The notes under the pieces are model-generated. The model did not search any database. It was given only the letters and a program-made list of their open reading frames with translations, and was not told the origin of the DNA. From Methanobacteriota archaeon (GTDB lineage Archaea; Hydrothermarchaeota; Hydrothermarchaeia; Hydrothermarchaeales; JACRDW01), in assembly GCA_043820925.1 (NCBI GenBank), contig JBDRDL010000018.1, forward strand, positions 1 through 15,475: a stretch of DNA of 15,475 bases, written 5' to 3'. Every line of letters begins with the position of its first letter. Positions within the stretch are counted from its first letter, which is position 1. Positions 1-8,876 of the stretch are shown in pieces. The translations under genes were made by a program, and so were the position numbers.

Positions 1-1
1 G

Positions 2-220
2 CCCGGAATAGAAGTAAATGAAGCAAAAGTAAAAGCTTTAGTCGCAGCTCTGGACGGCGTGAATATAGACGAGGCAATCAAGCAGGCACTGGCGCAGCCA
101 GTAGTAGCGGCAGCTGCACCAGCACAGGCGAAGGCAGAAAAGAAGGAAGAGAAAAAGGAAGAGAAAAAAGAGGAAAGCGAAGAGGAAGCAATGGCAGGTC
201 TGGGAGCGCTTTTCGGTTAG
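2..220 (+). CDS. rpl12p: 50S ribosomal stalk protein P1/L12 (archaeal), 5'-truncated by window edge
   Basis: Frame 2 translates as [72 protein letters not shown]. It has the Ala-rich hinge, acidic tail and terminal GLGALFG of archaeal P1. Not in the ORF track. Confidence 0.96.
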   Translation, partial: PGIEVNEAKVKALVAALDGVNIDEAIKQALAQPVVAAAAPAQAKAEKKEEKKEEKKEESEEEAMAGLGALFG

Positions 221-238
221 GAGAGTAGCGACTTTTCA

Positions 239-1171
239 TCAGAGCTTGAGCTTTCCGACCAGTTTTTTGACTTCATTCACAGAATTTAGAAACAGCTTTC
301 TCTCCTCTTCAGTCAATTCTATTTCTATTATCTCTTCTACGCCTTCGGCGCCGAGTTTTACGGGCACTCCTGCAAAACAGTTGTGCACCCCATATTCTCC
401 CGCTAAATATGCTGAGCAGGGTAGTACTTTTTTTCTATCTTTCAACACAGCCTCAGCCATCTCTATAACCGAGGCAGCGGGAGAGTAGTATGCGCTGCTA
501 GTTTTGAGTAGGCTCAAAACTTCTGCACCTGCGTTTCTTGTCCTTTCGATAATTGCCTCTATTTTTTTCTTTGACAGGAGCTTTGCAAGGGGCACGCCTG
601 CAACAGTGCAGTGGCTTATTATCGGCACCATAGCGTCGCCGTGTCCGCCGAGCACCATTGCAGATACGTCGCAGGGGGATACGTTTAGCTCCATTGCAAT
701 GAAAGCTCTTAACCTTGCAGAATCCAGTACGCCAGCCATCCCCATTACTCTGTTCTTTGGAAAGCCAGACGCTTTTTTCGCAACATAAGCCATCGCATCC
801 AGCGGATTCGTTACAACGATAACGCAAGCTTCTGGAGAATATTTTGCCGCCTGCGTCGAAATTGACTTGACTATCGCCGCATTTTTTTCCAGCAGGTCGT
901 CCCTGCTCATCCCCGGCTTTCTCGCAAGACCGGCGGTAATAATTACAACGTCAGAATTTTTTGTATTCTCGTAGTTGCTGGTGCCAGTAATGCCGCAGTC
1001 AAAACCTTCGATTGGGGCTGCACTCGCTATGTCGAGCGCAATGCCTTGTGGAAGACCTTCAACAACGTCAACAAGCACAACGTCTCCAAGCTCTTTAATT
1101 GCTGCAATGTGCGCTACTGTTGCGCCCACGTGCCCAGAGCCGACAATCGTGATTTTATTTCTAATAAACAA
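239..1171 (-). CDS. mdh: NAD-dependent malate dehydrogenase, LDH-like family
   Basis: Rossmann GSGHVG and acidic DVVEG. Mobile loop [15 protein letters not shown] has Arg at the specificity position (Gln in LDH). Also VTNPLD, LDSAR and catalytic GGHGD. Start uncertain (TTG 1171 or ATT 1165). Confidence 0.93.
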   Translation of the reverse strand: MFIRNKITIVGSGHVGATVAHIAAIKELGDVVLVDVVEGLPQGIALDIASAAPIEGFDCGITGTSNYENTKNSDVVIITAGLARKPGMSRDDLLEKNAAIVKSISTQAAKYSPEACVIVVTNPLDAMAYVAKKASGFPKNRVMGMAGVLDSARLRAFIAMELNVSPCDVSAMVLGGHGDAMVPIISHCTVAGVPLAKLLSKKKIEAIIERTRNAGAEVLSLLKTSSAYYSPAASVIEMAEAVLKDRKKVLPCSAYLAGEYGVHNCFAGVPVKLGAEGVEEIIEIELTEEERKLFLNSVNEVKKLVGKLKL

Positions 1172-1177
1172 TTCCTC

Positions 1178-1210
1178 CGATAAAATATTATATACTGATA
1201 TTTAAATCAT
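1178..1210. promoter_or_regulatory. Compact divergent mdh/alaS promoter region
   Basis: 45-bp intergenic gap. TTATATA at 1188-1194 lies about 26 nt before the alaS ATG. TTTAAATA on the minus strand (1206-1199) is preceded by a purine-rich BRE-like stretch and points to mdh. Confidence 0.55.
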
Positions 1211-1216
1211 TTTGCA

Positions 1217-4078
1217 ATGAGCGAGAAAGAAATAAAAGAGGAATTCAGGCGCAAGGCACAGGAGGAGCCCGAGAAGCACTATCCTGTCAGAATCTTGAGG
1301 GAAGAGGGATTCGTTAGAAGGCGCTGCGTTAAGTGCGGAAACTATTTCTGGAGCGCAGCAGAGCGCAGGATGTGCGGCGAGCCAGACTGCGCGGGAGGCT
1401 ACACTTTCATAGGCGATACCCCTGCGAAGAAGAAGATGGACTTCATCCAAACCTGGAAGAAATTTTCGAAACTTTTTAAAAAATTCGGCTATGCTGCTAT
1501 ACCACGATACCCAGTCGTTGCCCGCTGGAGAGACGACACTGATTTTGTTCAGGCATCGATATACGACTTCCAGCCTTTCGTTGTTTCCGGAGAAGTTGAC
1601 CCTCCTGCAAATCCTCTCGTAGTGCCCCAGTTCTGCCTGCGCTTCAACGATACAGACAACGTTGGTATTACGGGTCGCCACTACACCGGCTTCGTTATGA
1701 TTGGTCAGCACGCTTTTGCACCGCCAGAGAAGTACATGCCAAATGATTATCTGGAGCACATCTATGCATGGCTCACTAAAGGCATGAAAATACCAAAAGA
1801 AGAACTCCAGTTCCACGAAGATGCGTGGTCCGGCGGGGGCAACATGGGACCAAGCATGGAGTTTTTTTCTCGGGGCTTGGAAATCGGCAATCAGGTGTAC
1901 ATCCAGTACGACATAAAAAGCGGCGCTGCAAAAGAGCTTTCGATTAAGGTGCTTGACATGGGAATGGGTCAGGAGCGCCCTGCGTGGTTTACCCTCGCAA
2001 CCGGCACCAGCTATGGGGCAGTCTTTCCGACCGTTGCAAAGAAGCTTTACAGAGCAACAGGCATTGAGCCAGATGAACCGCTCCTTCGCAGATTCCTGCC
2101 CTACTCCGGATTGCTGAACATAGACGGGAAAGAGCTAGATAAAACCTGGGCAGAAATCGCTGCGAAGATTGGAACAGATTTGGAAGAACTCAAAAACCAC
2201 ATTCTCCCCTTAGCTGGAATATATTCAATCGGCGACCACACAAGGTCGCTTCTGTTTGCGCTTTCCGACGGTGCACTGCCCTCGAATGTGGGTGGGGGAT
2301 ACAACCTGAGAGTTTTGGTGAGGCGCAGCCTTGACTTCGTTGCGAGATACGGATGGGACATTTCGCTGCCTCAGGTTTGCGAGTGGCACGCCCGATATCT
2401 AAAGCCGCAGTATCCTGAGCTGATGGACCACTTGGATGAGGTAAACGAAATTCTGGAAGTGGAGCAGCGCAAGTACAGGGAAACGAAGGAAAAGTCCAAA
2501 AGAATCGTCGCAAGTTTGAGAGGCAAAGAAATTTCTTTGGACAAGCTCATCGAGCTCTATGATTCCAATGGCATAAGTCCTGAGATGCTCAAAAAGGAAG
2601 GTCTGAAAATCGAAATTCCTGTGGATTTTTACACCCGAGTTGCGGAGAGGCATGAAAAAGAAAGGGAAGAAATTGAGAAGTTCAGAGAATTTGACTCGAG
2701 AGGCATAGATAAGACTGAAATTTTGTACTACTCTGATTACAGGTTGCTCGAATTCTCTGCGAGGGTTTTGAGGATTTTTGAAAACGAGTACGTCGTTTTA
2801 GACAAGACCGCTTTCTATCCGACGAGCGGAGGACAGGCTTCTGACCGGGGATATATGAACGGGTGCAGGGTAGTGGATGTTTTCAAGCAGGGAAACATGG
2901 TTATTCATCACGTCGAAAATCCGTCCTTCAGGGAAGGCGAGGTCGTTGCCTGCAAAATCGACTGGGAGCGGCGCAGGCAATTAGCACAGCATCATACTGC
3001 GACGCACATAATAAATGGAGTTGTCAGGTCGACTCTCGGAGAGCATGTCTGGCAGGCGGGGGCTGAGAAGACCCTTGAAAAAGCAAGGCTTGACATAACG
3101 CACTATGAAGCGCTTTCTGAAAAAATTCTGGAAAAAATCAGGAAAAGGGCAAATGAAATCGTTGCAAAAAATCTCAAAGTCGAGAGCAGGATATATGGTC
3201 GCAAGGAGGCAGAGGCAAAGTTCGGTTTCAGGCTGTACCAGGGCGGTGCAGTGCCTGGTAGAGAGCTCAGGGTTGTGAGCATAAATTCGCTGGATACAGA
3301 AGCATGCGGGGGAACGCATCTGCACAGCACTGGCGAGGTCGAGCTCATCGAAATTATATGCTCCACGAAAATTCAGGACGGCGTGGTCAGGCTGGAATAT
3401 GCTGCAGGCGAGGCTGCGAGGAATTATCTTGCGCAGGAGTCGAAAATCCTGCAGGAAGTTTTGAGCACAGCAGCTCCGCACAGTCCCAATCTATCAAAGG
3501 CAACGCCCGAGCAATTGAGAGCAGCAGCCGAGGTTTTTTCAGTCCCCAGAGAAGAGCTTCCCCGCACGATAAAAAAATTCGTGAGAGAAATTCTGGCGCT
3601 GAGGAAGGAAGTCGGAGAAGCGCAGATAGCGTGGAAGGGAAGAAAACTGCAGGACGTAGCTCAGGAAATATTCGGCGAATGGAAGGAGCTTAGAAAGAGG
3701 AAAGAAAGAGCTATTGCAAGAAAAGCTTCCTTTGCATTAAATGCAATTTTATCTAAACCACCTGAAGAAGTTAGAGGAATAAAATATAGAATTGAAGAAC
3801 TCGAAGCTGGAATGGAAGAGACGATAAAGGCTGCAAGCGAGTTATTGAAAGTTACAAAGGTGGTAGTTCTCTTCGGAACGAATGACAGAGTAGCAGTCGT
3901 CGGCATGTGCGACGAGAGCGTGGATATAGATATGGCGCATGTGGTAAGGGAAGCATGCAGGATTCTGGGCGGCAGAGGGGGTGGAAAGCCCAGCTTCGCC
4001 CAGGGCGCAGGCACGAAAAAAGAAAAAATTGAAGAGGCAAGGCAATTCGTCAGGAAATATATAAGGGAAAAAAAGTAG
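1217..4078 (+). CDS. alaS: Alanine--tRNA ligase, archaeal type
   Basis: N-terminal CVKC...CGEPDC, FVQASIYDFQP, QFCLRFND, editing motifs QHHTATH and CGGTH, C-Ala/DHHA1 GGRGGGKPSFAQG; 953 aa. Confidence 0.98.
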   Translation: MSEKEIKEEFRRKAQEEPEKHYPVRILREEGFVRRRCVKCGNYFWSAAERRMCGEPDCAGGYTFIGDTPAKKKMDFIQTWKKFSKLFKKFGYAAIPRYPVVARWRDDTDFVQASIYDFQPFVVSGEVDPPANPLVVPQFCLRFNDTDNVGITGRHYTGFVMIGQHAFAPPEKYMPNDYLEHIYAWLTKGMKIPKEELQFHEDAWSGGGNMGPSMEFFSRGLEIGNQVYIQYDIKSGAAKELSIKVLDMGMGQERPAWFTLATGTSYGAVFPTVAKKLYRATGIEPDEPLLRRFLPYSGLLNIDGKELDKTWAEIAAKIGTDLEELKNHILPLAGIYSIGDHTRSLLFALSDGALPSNVGGGYNLRVLVRRSLDFVARYGWDISLPQVCEWHARYLKPQYPELMDHLDEVNEILEVEQRKYRETKEKSKRIVASLRGKEISLDKLIELYDSNGISPEMLKKEGLKIEIPVDFYTRVAERHEKEREEIEKFREFDSRGIDKTEILYYSDYRLLEFSARVLRIFENEYVVLDKTAFYPTSGGQASDRGYMNGCRVVDVFKQGNMVIHHVENPSFREGEVVACKIDWERRRQLAQHHTATHIINGVVRSTLGEHVWQAGAEKTLEKARLDITHYEALSEKILEKIRKRANEIVAKNLKVESRIYGRKEAEAKFGFRLYQGGAVPGRELRVVSINSLDTEACGGTHLHSTGEVELIEIICSTKIQDGVVRLEYAAGEAARNYLAQESKILQEVLSTAAPHSPNLSKATPEQLRAAAEVFSVPREELPRTIKKFVREILALRKEVGEAQIAWKGRKLQDVAQEIFGEWKELRKRKERAIARKASFALNAILSKPPEEVRGIKYRIEELEAGMEETIKAASELLKVTKVVVLFGTNDRVAVVGMCDESVDIDMAHVVREACRILGGRGGGKPSFAQGAGTKKEKIEEARQFVRKYIREKK

Positions 4079-4094
4079 CTACTTCTTTTTCCCT
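4064..4094. terminator. Inverted repeat across abutting convergent stop codons; possible bidirectional terminator
   Basis: AGGGAAAAAAAGTAG|CTACTTCTTTTTCCCT is palindromic except for one bulged C (4085). Each transcript meets a T-rich tract right after its stop. Confidence 0.4.
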
Positions 4095-4246
4095 CTCTTA
4101 TACTCCTCGATGAAGCGGGAGAGCGCTTGATAGCCCACGTCTGACTCTGAGGAAAAGTCACCGCTCCTTATAATCTCTTGAATCTCTTTGTAAAGGTATG
4201 GAGAAACGTACACGGTAATGCGCTCTTTCCGCTTTGTCTTCGGCAC
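4079..4246 (-). CDS. Ribbon-helix-helix (CopG/Arc/MetJ-like) DNA-binding protein, 55 aa
   Basis: MPKTKRKERITVYVSPYLYKEIQEIIRSGDFSSESDVGYQALSRFIEEYKRGKKK: alternating beta strand RITVYV, helix, G-x-F-x-S-x-S turn, helix. GTG at 4246 has SD-like AGGGGT 6 nt upstream, so it is preferred over the track start at 4273. Confidence 0.8.
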   Translation of the reverse strand: MPKTKRKERITVYVSPYLYKEIQEIIRSGDFSSESDVGYQALSRFIEEYKRGKKK

Positions 4247-4270
4247 TTTAATACCCCTTACCCAACTTAC

Positions 4271-4294
4271 CAAAAATTATATATATCGCTTTTG
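4271..4294. promoter_or_regulatory. Probable bidirectional TATA box (RHH gene and small ORF)
   Basis: CAAAAATTATATATATCGCTTTTG: TATA core readable on both strands, with A-rich BRE-like sequence upstream on each strand. Confidence 0.5.
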
Positions 4295-4326
4295 CCACAA
4301 TACAGTAACTAAAGAGTGATTATATA

Positions 4327-4449
4327 ATGTTGGATTTGGCAAGGTCTATTGCGAGAGAAGTTGGCGAGGGGAGCAGAGACGTTAAATCCCTCGCCGCCTG
4401 CATTCTCATTTTGGTCGAGGAAATTGAGAAATTGAAGCAAAAAAATTAG
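4327..4449 (+). CDS. Hypothetical 40-aa helical small protein
   Basis: MLDLARSIAREVGEGSRDVKSLAACILILVEEIEKLKQKN*. SD-like GAGTGA at 4314-4319, TATA upstream, fills the gap before leuS, amphipathic helical pattern. Below the track cutoff. Confidence 0.55.
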   Translation: MLDLARSIAREVGEGSRDVKSLAACILILVEEIEKLKQKN

Positions 4450-4481
4450 CAAGCAAAATTGCTTGGGAATAGATTTAAATG
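4450..4481 (+). promoter_or_regulatory. leuS promoter with adjacent palindrome
   Basis: CAAGCAA-AA-TTGCTTG (4450-4465), then TTTAAAT (4474-4480) ending 24 nt before ATG 4505. Confidence 0.5.
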
Positions 4482-4504
4482 TTCTTGTTTAAAAGTCAAA
4501 TACT

Positions 4505-7333
4505 ATGCAGGATCTCAAGGCAATAGAGGAAAAGTGGGTCAAGAATTGGGAAGAGGCAAAGCTGTTTGATGCAGACGTCATCGAAGACAGACCCAAGATA
4601 TTTGTCACTTTTCCTTTCCCCTACATGAACGGTCCCCTGCACATAGGGCATGCCTTCACTTCCACGAGGTGCGATGTATATGCACGCTTCAAGCGCATGC
4701 AGGGATATAACGTCCTTTTTCCCTGGGCGTGGCACATAACCGGCGAGCCGATTACCGGAGCTGCGGAGAGGTTAAAGAAAGGCGATACCGAGCAGCTCAA
4801 GATATTCAGAGAAATAGACGAGGTGCCTGAGGAAGAGCTGAGGAAATTTACAGACCCGAAGTATATCGCAAGCTACTACATAAAGGAGTCAAAAATTTCG
4901 CTTAAAGAGCTGTGCCATTCAATAGACTGGCGCAGGGAGTTCACGACAACCTCGCTTCACCCGCAGTTCAGCAAATTCATAGAATGGCAGTACCTGACGC
5001 TCAGGAAGAGGGGATATGTGAAGAAGGGCACGCATCCGGTTGTGTGGTGCCAGAACTGCGAATCCCCGACCGGCGACCACGACAGGCTGCAGGGCGAGGG
5101 GGCATCGCCGGTAGAGTTTGTCCTGCTCAAATTCAAGCTCGACAACGCTTTCTTACCAGCAGCCACGCTCAGACCAGAGACGATTTTCGGGGTCACGAAT
5201 ATGTGGCTGAATCCAGAGGCAGAATACGTCAAAGTAAAAGTTGGCAGGGAAAACTGGATAATAAGCAGGGAGGCAGTGAACAAGCTTAAAGAGCAGAAAG
5301 AAAAAATTTCAGTAATCGAAGTAATAAAGGGTGCGCAGCTGATTGGAAAGCACTGCGAGCATCCGATAACCAAAGAAAAAGTACTCATACTGCCAGCGCA
5401 TTTTGTAAATCCAAACAATGCTTCGGGCGTGGTTATGAGCGTTCCCTCGCATGCTCCATATGACTGGGTAGCCCTGAAAGACCTGTTAGATAATCCCAAA
5501 GAAGCAGAAAAGTATGGAGTTTCCCCGCAAACGCTGAAAGAAATAAAACCCATATCCCTTATAAAAACAAACTTTGGAGAGCATCCTGCGATAGAAATCT
5601 GCGAGCACATGGGCATAAAGAACCAGAGCGACCCGAAGGTTGGGGAGGCTACTGAGATTATATACAAGGAAGAGTTCTACAGAGGCGTGCTGAAAGAAAA
5701 CACAGGCAAGTACAAAGGCATGCGAGTAGCTGAAGTCAAAAAAATTCTAATCTCTGATTTTGGAAAGGAAGGAATAGCTGACAAGGTATATGAGCTCTCT
5801 GAAGAGGTTATATGCAGGTGCACCAATAGATGCGTGGTCAAGATTCTCAAAGACCAGTGGTTCTTGAATTTCTCAGACGAGGCATGGAAAAACGCTGCGA
5901 AAGAAGCTCTCAGAGAAATGCGAATCCTGCCTGAAGAGGCCAGGGCAAATTTCGAGTACACAATAGACTGGCTTGAGGCAAAGGCTTGCGCAAGGAAAAC
6001 CGGCTTGGGAACTCCTCTGCCCTGGGACAGAGAGTGGAAGGTCGAAACGCTCAGCGACTCGACAGTGTACATGGCTTTCTATACGCTCGCAACGTACATA
6101 AATCAGCATAAAATTCAGGCAGAGAGTTTGAGTGAAGAAATTTTCAACTTCATTTTTTATGGCGAGGGCGATGCCGCAAAGCTCGGAAAGGAGAATAAAA
6201 TTGATGAAGAGCTGCTCGAGGAAATGCGGCGAGAGTTCAAATACTGGATGCCTGTAGATTTTAGAAATTCTGCTAAGGAGCTAATTCCGAATCATCTTAC
6301 TTTCTTCATATTCCACCACGTCGCCCTCTTTCCAAAGGAGTACTGGCCGAGGTGCATCTCGGTAAATGGAATGATAAGCATAGAGGGAGAAAAAATGAGT
6401 AAGTCTAAGGGGAATTTTATTACCCTGAAAAATGCCCTGCGCAGCTATGGAGCGAGCGTTACGAGAGCTGTGCTGCTGTACTCTTCTGAAGGTCTCAGAG
6501 ACCCGGACTGGAGAGCGAAAGCGGCGGCGGACATGCAGAAGCAGTTAGTTGCTTTCTACAACCTGGCAATGCAGATAATAAATATGCAGGAGTACAGAAA
6601 GGAAAGGCGCAGCATTGATGTTTGGATGATAGGAAGGCTTCAGAGGAATATAAAGCGAGCCACAGAAGAATACGAGGAAATGCGCACTAGAAGCGCATTT
6701 CAAGTTGCGTTCTTCGACGTATGGAAAGACGTCAGGTGGTATATGAGGAGAGATAAGCCGAACAGAGAGGTATTAATGCAGGTTCTTGAAACCTGGGTCA
6801 AGCTCATATCTCCCTACATTCCTGCATTCTGCGAGGAGCTCTGGAGCAAGATGAATAAAAAAGGTTTTGTCTACACTGCTGCATGGCCGTCTGCAGATGA
6901 ATCTCTTATTAGCATGGAAGCGGAGTTCTGCGAAGAGCTTGTTGAAAAAACAACAGGAGATGTTGACAATATTCTGGAAGTTACAAAAATAAAGCCGAAG
7001 AGAATCATTCTCTACACCTCGCCGCACTGGAAATGGGAAGTTTTGAAAATTCTGAGCAGGATGGAAAAGCCCGATATAAAGGAAGTTATGAAGAACGAGG
7101 GTCTGAGGAAGAGGGGCAGCGAAGTTGCAAAGTACGTGAGCGAGCTGCTGAAGGAAAAAATTAGTTTCGAGACAGAGATAGACGAGCTGAAAACGCTGAA
7201 AGACGCAAGGGAATTTTTTGAGAAGGAATTCAAATGTAGCATCGAGGTTTATAGCGGCGAGGAAGAAGTTTATGACCCGCTGAACAAAAGGAGGCAGGCA
7301 ATGCCCATGAAGCCAGCGATATACGTGGAGTAG
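4505..7333 (+). CDS. leuS: Leucine--tRNA ligase, archaeal/eukaryotic type
   Basis: FPFPYMNGPLHIGH (HIGH), CP1 editing motifs ATLRPET and GVVMSVPSHAPYD, KMSKSKGN, C-terminal AMPMKPAIYVE; 942 aa. Confidence 0.98.
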   Translation: MQDLKAIEEKWVKNWEEAKLFDADVIEDRPKIFVTFPFPYMNGPLHIGHAFTSTRCDVYARFKRMQGYNVLFPWAWHITGEPITGAAERLKKGDTEQLKIFREIDEVPEEELRKFTDPKYIASYYIKESKISLKELCHSIDWRREFTTTSLHPQFSKFIEWQYLTLRKRGYVKKGTHPVVWCQNCESPTGDHDRLQGEGASPVEFVLLKFKLDNAFLPAATLRPETIFGVTNMWLNPEAEYVKVKVGRENWIISREAVNKLKEQKEKISVIEVIKGAQLIGKHCEHPITKEKVLILPAHFVNPNNASGVVMSVPSHAPYDWVALKDLLDNPKEAEKYGVSPQTLKEIKPISLIKTNFGEHPAIEICEHMGIKNQSDPKVGEATEIIYKEEFYRGVLKENTGKYKGMRVAEVKKILISDFGKEGIADKVYELSEEVICRCTNRCVVKILKDQWFLNFSDEAWKNAAKEALREMRILPEEARANFEYTIDWLEAKACARKTGLGTPLPWDREWKVETLSDSTVYMAFYTLATYINQHKIQAESLSEEIFNFIFYGEGDAAKLGKENKIDEELLEEMRREFKYWMPVDFRNSAKELIPNHLTFFIFHHVALFPKEYWPRCISVNGMISIEGEKMSKSKGNFITLKNALRSYGASVTRAVLLYSSEGLRDPDWRAKAAADMQKQLVAFYNLAMQIINMQEYRKERRSIDVWMIGRLQRNIKRATEEYEEMRTRSAFQVAFFDVWKDVRWYMRRDKPNREVLMQVLETWVKLISPYIPAFCEELWSKMNKKGFVYTAAWPSADESLISMEAEFCEELVEKTTGDVDNILEVTKIKPKRIILYTSPHWKWEVLKILSRMEKPDIKEVMKNEGLRKRGSEVAKYVSELLKEKISFETEIDELKTLKDAREFFEKEFKCSIEVYSGEEEVYDPLNKRRQAMPMKPAIYVE

Positions 7334-7383
7334 CATTTTTTCCTATCAATATATTTAAATATTAATTCGATAGTTATTTAAAC

Positions 7384-8700
7384 ATGTTTAATAATAATAG
7401 GATTATGGATAAATACATTCAAAGGGAACTGCTCAAGGATTTAAAGAAATGGATAGATAGAAAAGAGATATATGCGATTAAAGGACCGAGGCAGTCTGGA
7501 AAAACAACTGTTCTTTGGATATTGAGAGAATGGTTAATAAAAGAAAGAAAAGTCAGGCCTGAAAATGTTGTTTTCTTGACATTCGAAGACAGAGAAATTC
7601 TGGAAAAATTTACTTTGAACCCAAAAGACTTTACAAAAAGTTTTATTTCGAGCCAAAAAAAGTATTATTTCCTTTTGGACGAATTCCATTACGTGGAGGA
7701 GGGCGGACAAAAATTAAAACTCCTCTTTGATACGCTTAAAAATGTAAAGTTTATAGTCACAGGTTCTTCTTCTTTAGAAATAACAGCGTTCTCCAAATAC
7801 CTTGTTGGAAGGGTTTTTTCATTCTACCTGTTTCCGCTGAGTTTTTATGAATTTATTGGAGCCAGGAATAAAAGGCTTGCAAGAATCTATAGAAAAAAGA
7901 ATGAAGCGGTAGTAAATTTCCTATTCAAAAACAAGAATTTCAAAGTCGAGAGAGATATTTTCCTTAGCGATCTCTTAAAACTCTTTAACGAGTTTGTGAT
8001 TTTCGGCGGGTACCCCGAAGTCGTCAAAACAAAGAATTTCGACACGAAAAAAGTGATATTAAAAAATATTTACGAAACCTACATAGGAAAGGATATAATA
8101 GAGTTGCTGAGAATTTCGGATGTAATTAAATTCAGAAAACTTGTTTCTCTGCTGTCTTCGCAGATAGGAAACATGATAAACTACAATGAACTTTCAATGT
8201 CCTGCGGTGCCTACTATAAAGAACTGATAGAACTGATAAATGTTTTGGAAGAAACGTATGTTGTTAAGACTATAAGACCATTTCACAGAAATATAAGAAC
8301 CGAGCTGAGAAAAAATCCAAAACCGTATTTTATAGACCTGGGTCTAAGAAATTATGCAATAAACAACTTCAACCTGTTGGAGGAGAGAGTTGACAAAGGC
8401 GGCATGGTTGAAAATTTTATTTTTAATTCTTTGATGAACATGACAAAGGATTTTGGAAAGATAAGTTACTGGAGAACTTTGGGTAAGGCGGAGGTCGATT
8501 TTGTATTAAATTTAGAGAGGGAGATAATACCTGTAGAAGTTAAATTCGCTGAGATGAAAAAACCAAAAGTTTCAAGAGGATTTAGAAGTTTTGTCAATTC
8601 CTATAAACCAAAAAAGGGATTGATTGTAACGAAAAATTTGTTTGACGAAATAAAGATAAATGATACGATGGTAAAGTTCATACCAGCTTGCTATTTGTGA
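7384..8700 (+). CDS. AAA+ ATPase, AAA_14 plus DUF4143 type
   Basis: Walker A GPRQSGKTT, Walker B FLLDEFH, VTGSSS, LVGR, FGGYPEV, KPYFIDLGL, C-terminal EVDFV...IPVEVK. Visibly AT-rich. Alternative start at ATG 7405. Confidence 0.92.
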   Translation: MFNNNRIMDKYIQRELLKDLKKWIDRKEIYAIKGPRQSGKTTVLWILREWLIKERKVRPENVVFLTFEDREILEKFTLNPKDFTKSFISSQKKYYFLLDEFHYVEEGGQKLKLLFDTLKNVKFIVTGSSSLEITAFSKYLVGRVFSFYLFPLSFYEFIGARNKRLARIYRKKNEAVVNFLFKNKNFKVERDIFLSDLLKLFNEFVIFGGYPEVVKTKNFDTKKVILKNIYETYIGKDIIELLRISDVIKFRKLVSLLSSQIGNMINYNELSMSCGAYYKELIELINVLEETYVVKTIRPFHRNIRTELRKNPKPYFIDLGLRNYAINNFNLLEERVDKGGMVENFIFNSLMNMTKDFGKISYWRTLGKAEVDFVLNLEREIIPVEVKFAEMKKPKVSRGFRSFVNSYKPKKGLIVTKNLFDEIKINDTMVKFIPACYL

Positions 8701-8876
8701 TATTGAGGTCGGTTTCGCATAGGAATATTATTAAAGCAAGAGCTACCGCATTAGCGTTCTGGTATTGGATTAGGGAATACCTAACTTTTAGTCCGTACTT
8801 TATCCAAGTATTTATCATTTGTATTAGAATTATCAATTGAAACCTTTTTATTCCCGCTGCTTTTATATATTATAAT

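Noticed and set aside
136..188. Purine-rich near-tandem repeats
   Set aside because: Simply encode the KKEE-rich tail of P1/L12.
239..1171. L-lactate dehydrogenase
   Set aside because: The specificity loop ARKPGMSR has Arg rather than Gln, which indicates malate dehydrogenase.
4327..4449. Leucine attenuator leader peptide or T-box for leuS
   Set aside because: The six Leu codons are dispersed, no U tract follows the hairpin, leuS has its own TATA box, and T-boxes are bacterial.
1217..7333. Inteins or frameshifts in alaS and leuS
   Set aside because: Both ORFs are continuous, of ordinary length, and lack intein or LAGLIDADG motifs.
246..7336. Alternative-frame and antisense ORFs over mdh, alaS and leuS (e.g. 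1202-1816, 3661-4161, 4957-5667, 6773-7336)
   Set aside because: Shadows of well-supported genes with no protein motifs.
8678..8818. 46-codon minus-strand ORF (MINTWIKYG...SKLV)
   Set aside because: No SD or motif and it overlaps the ATPase 3' end; chance ORF or unrecognisable remnant.
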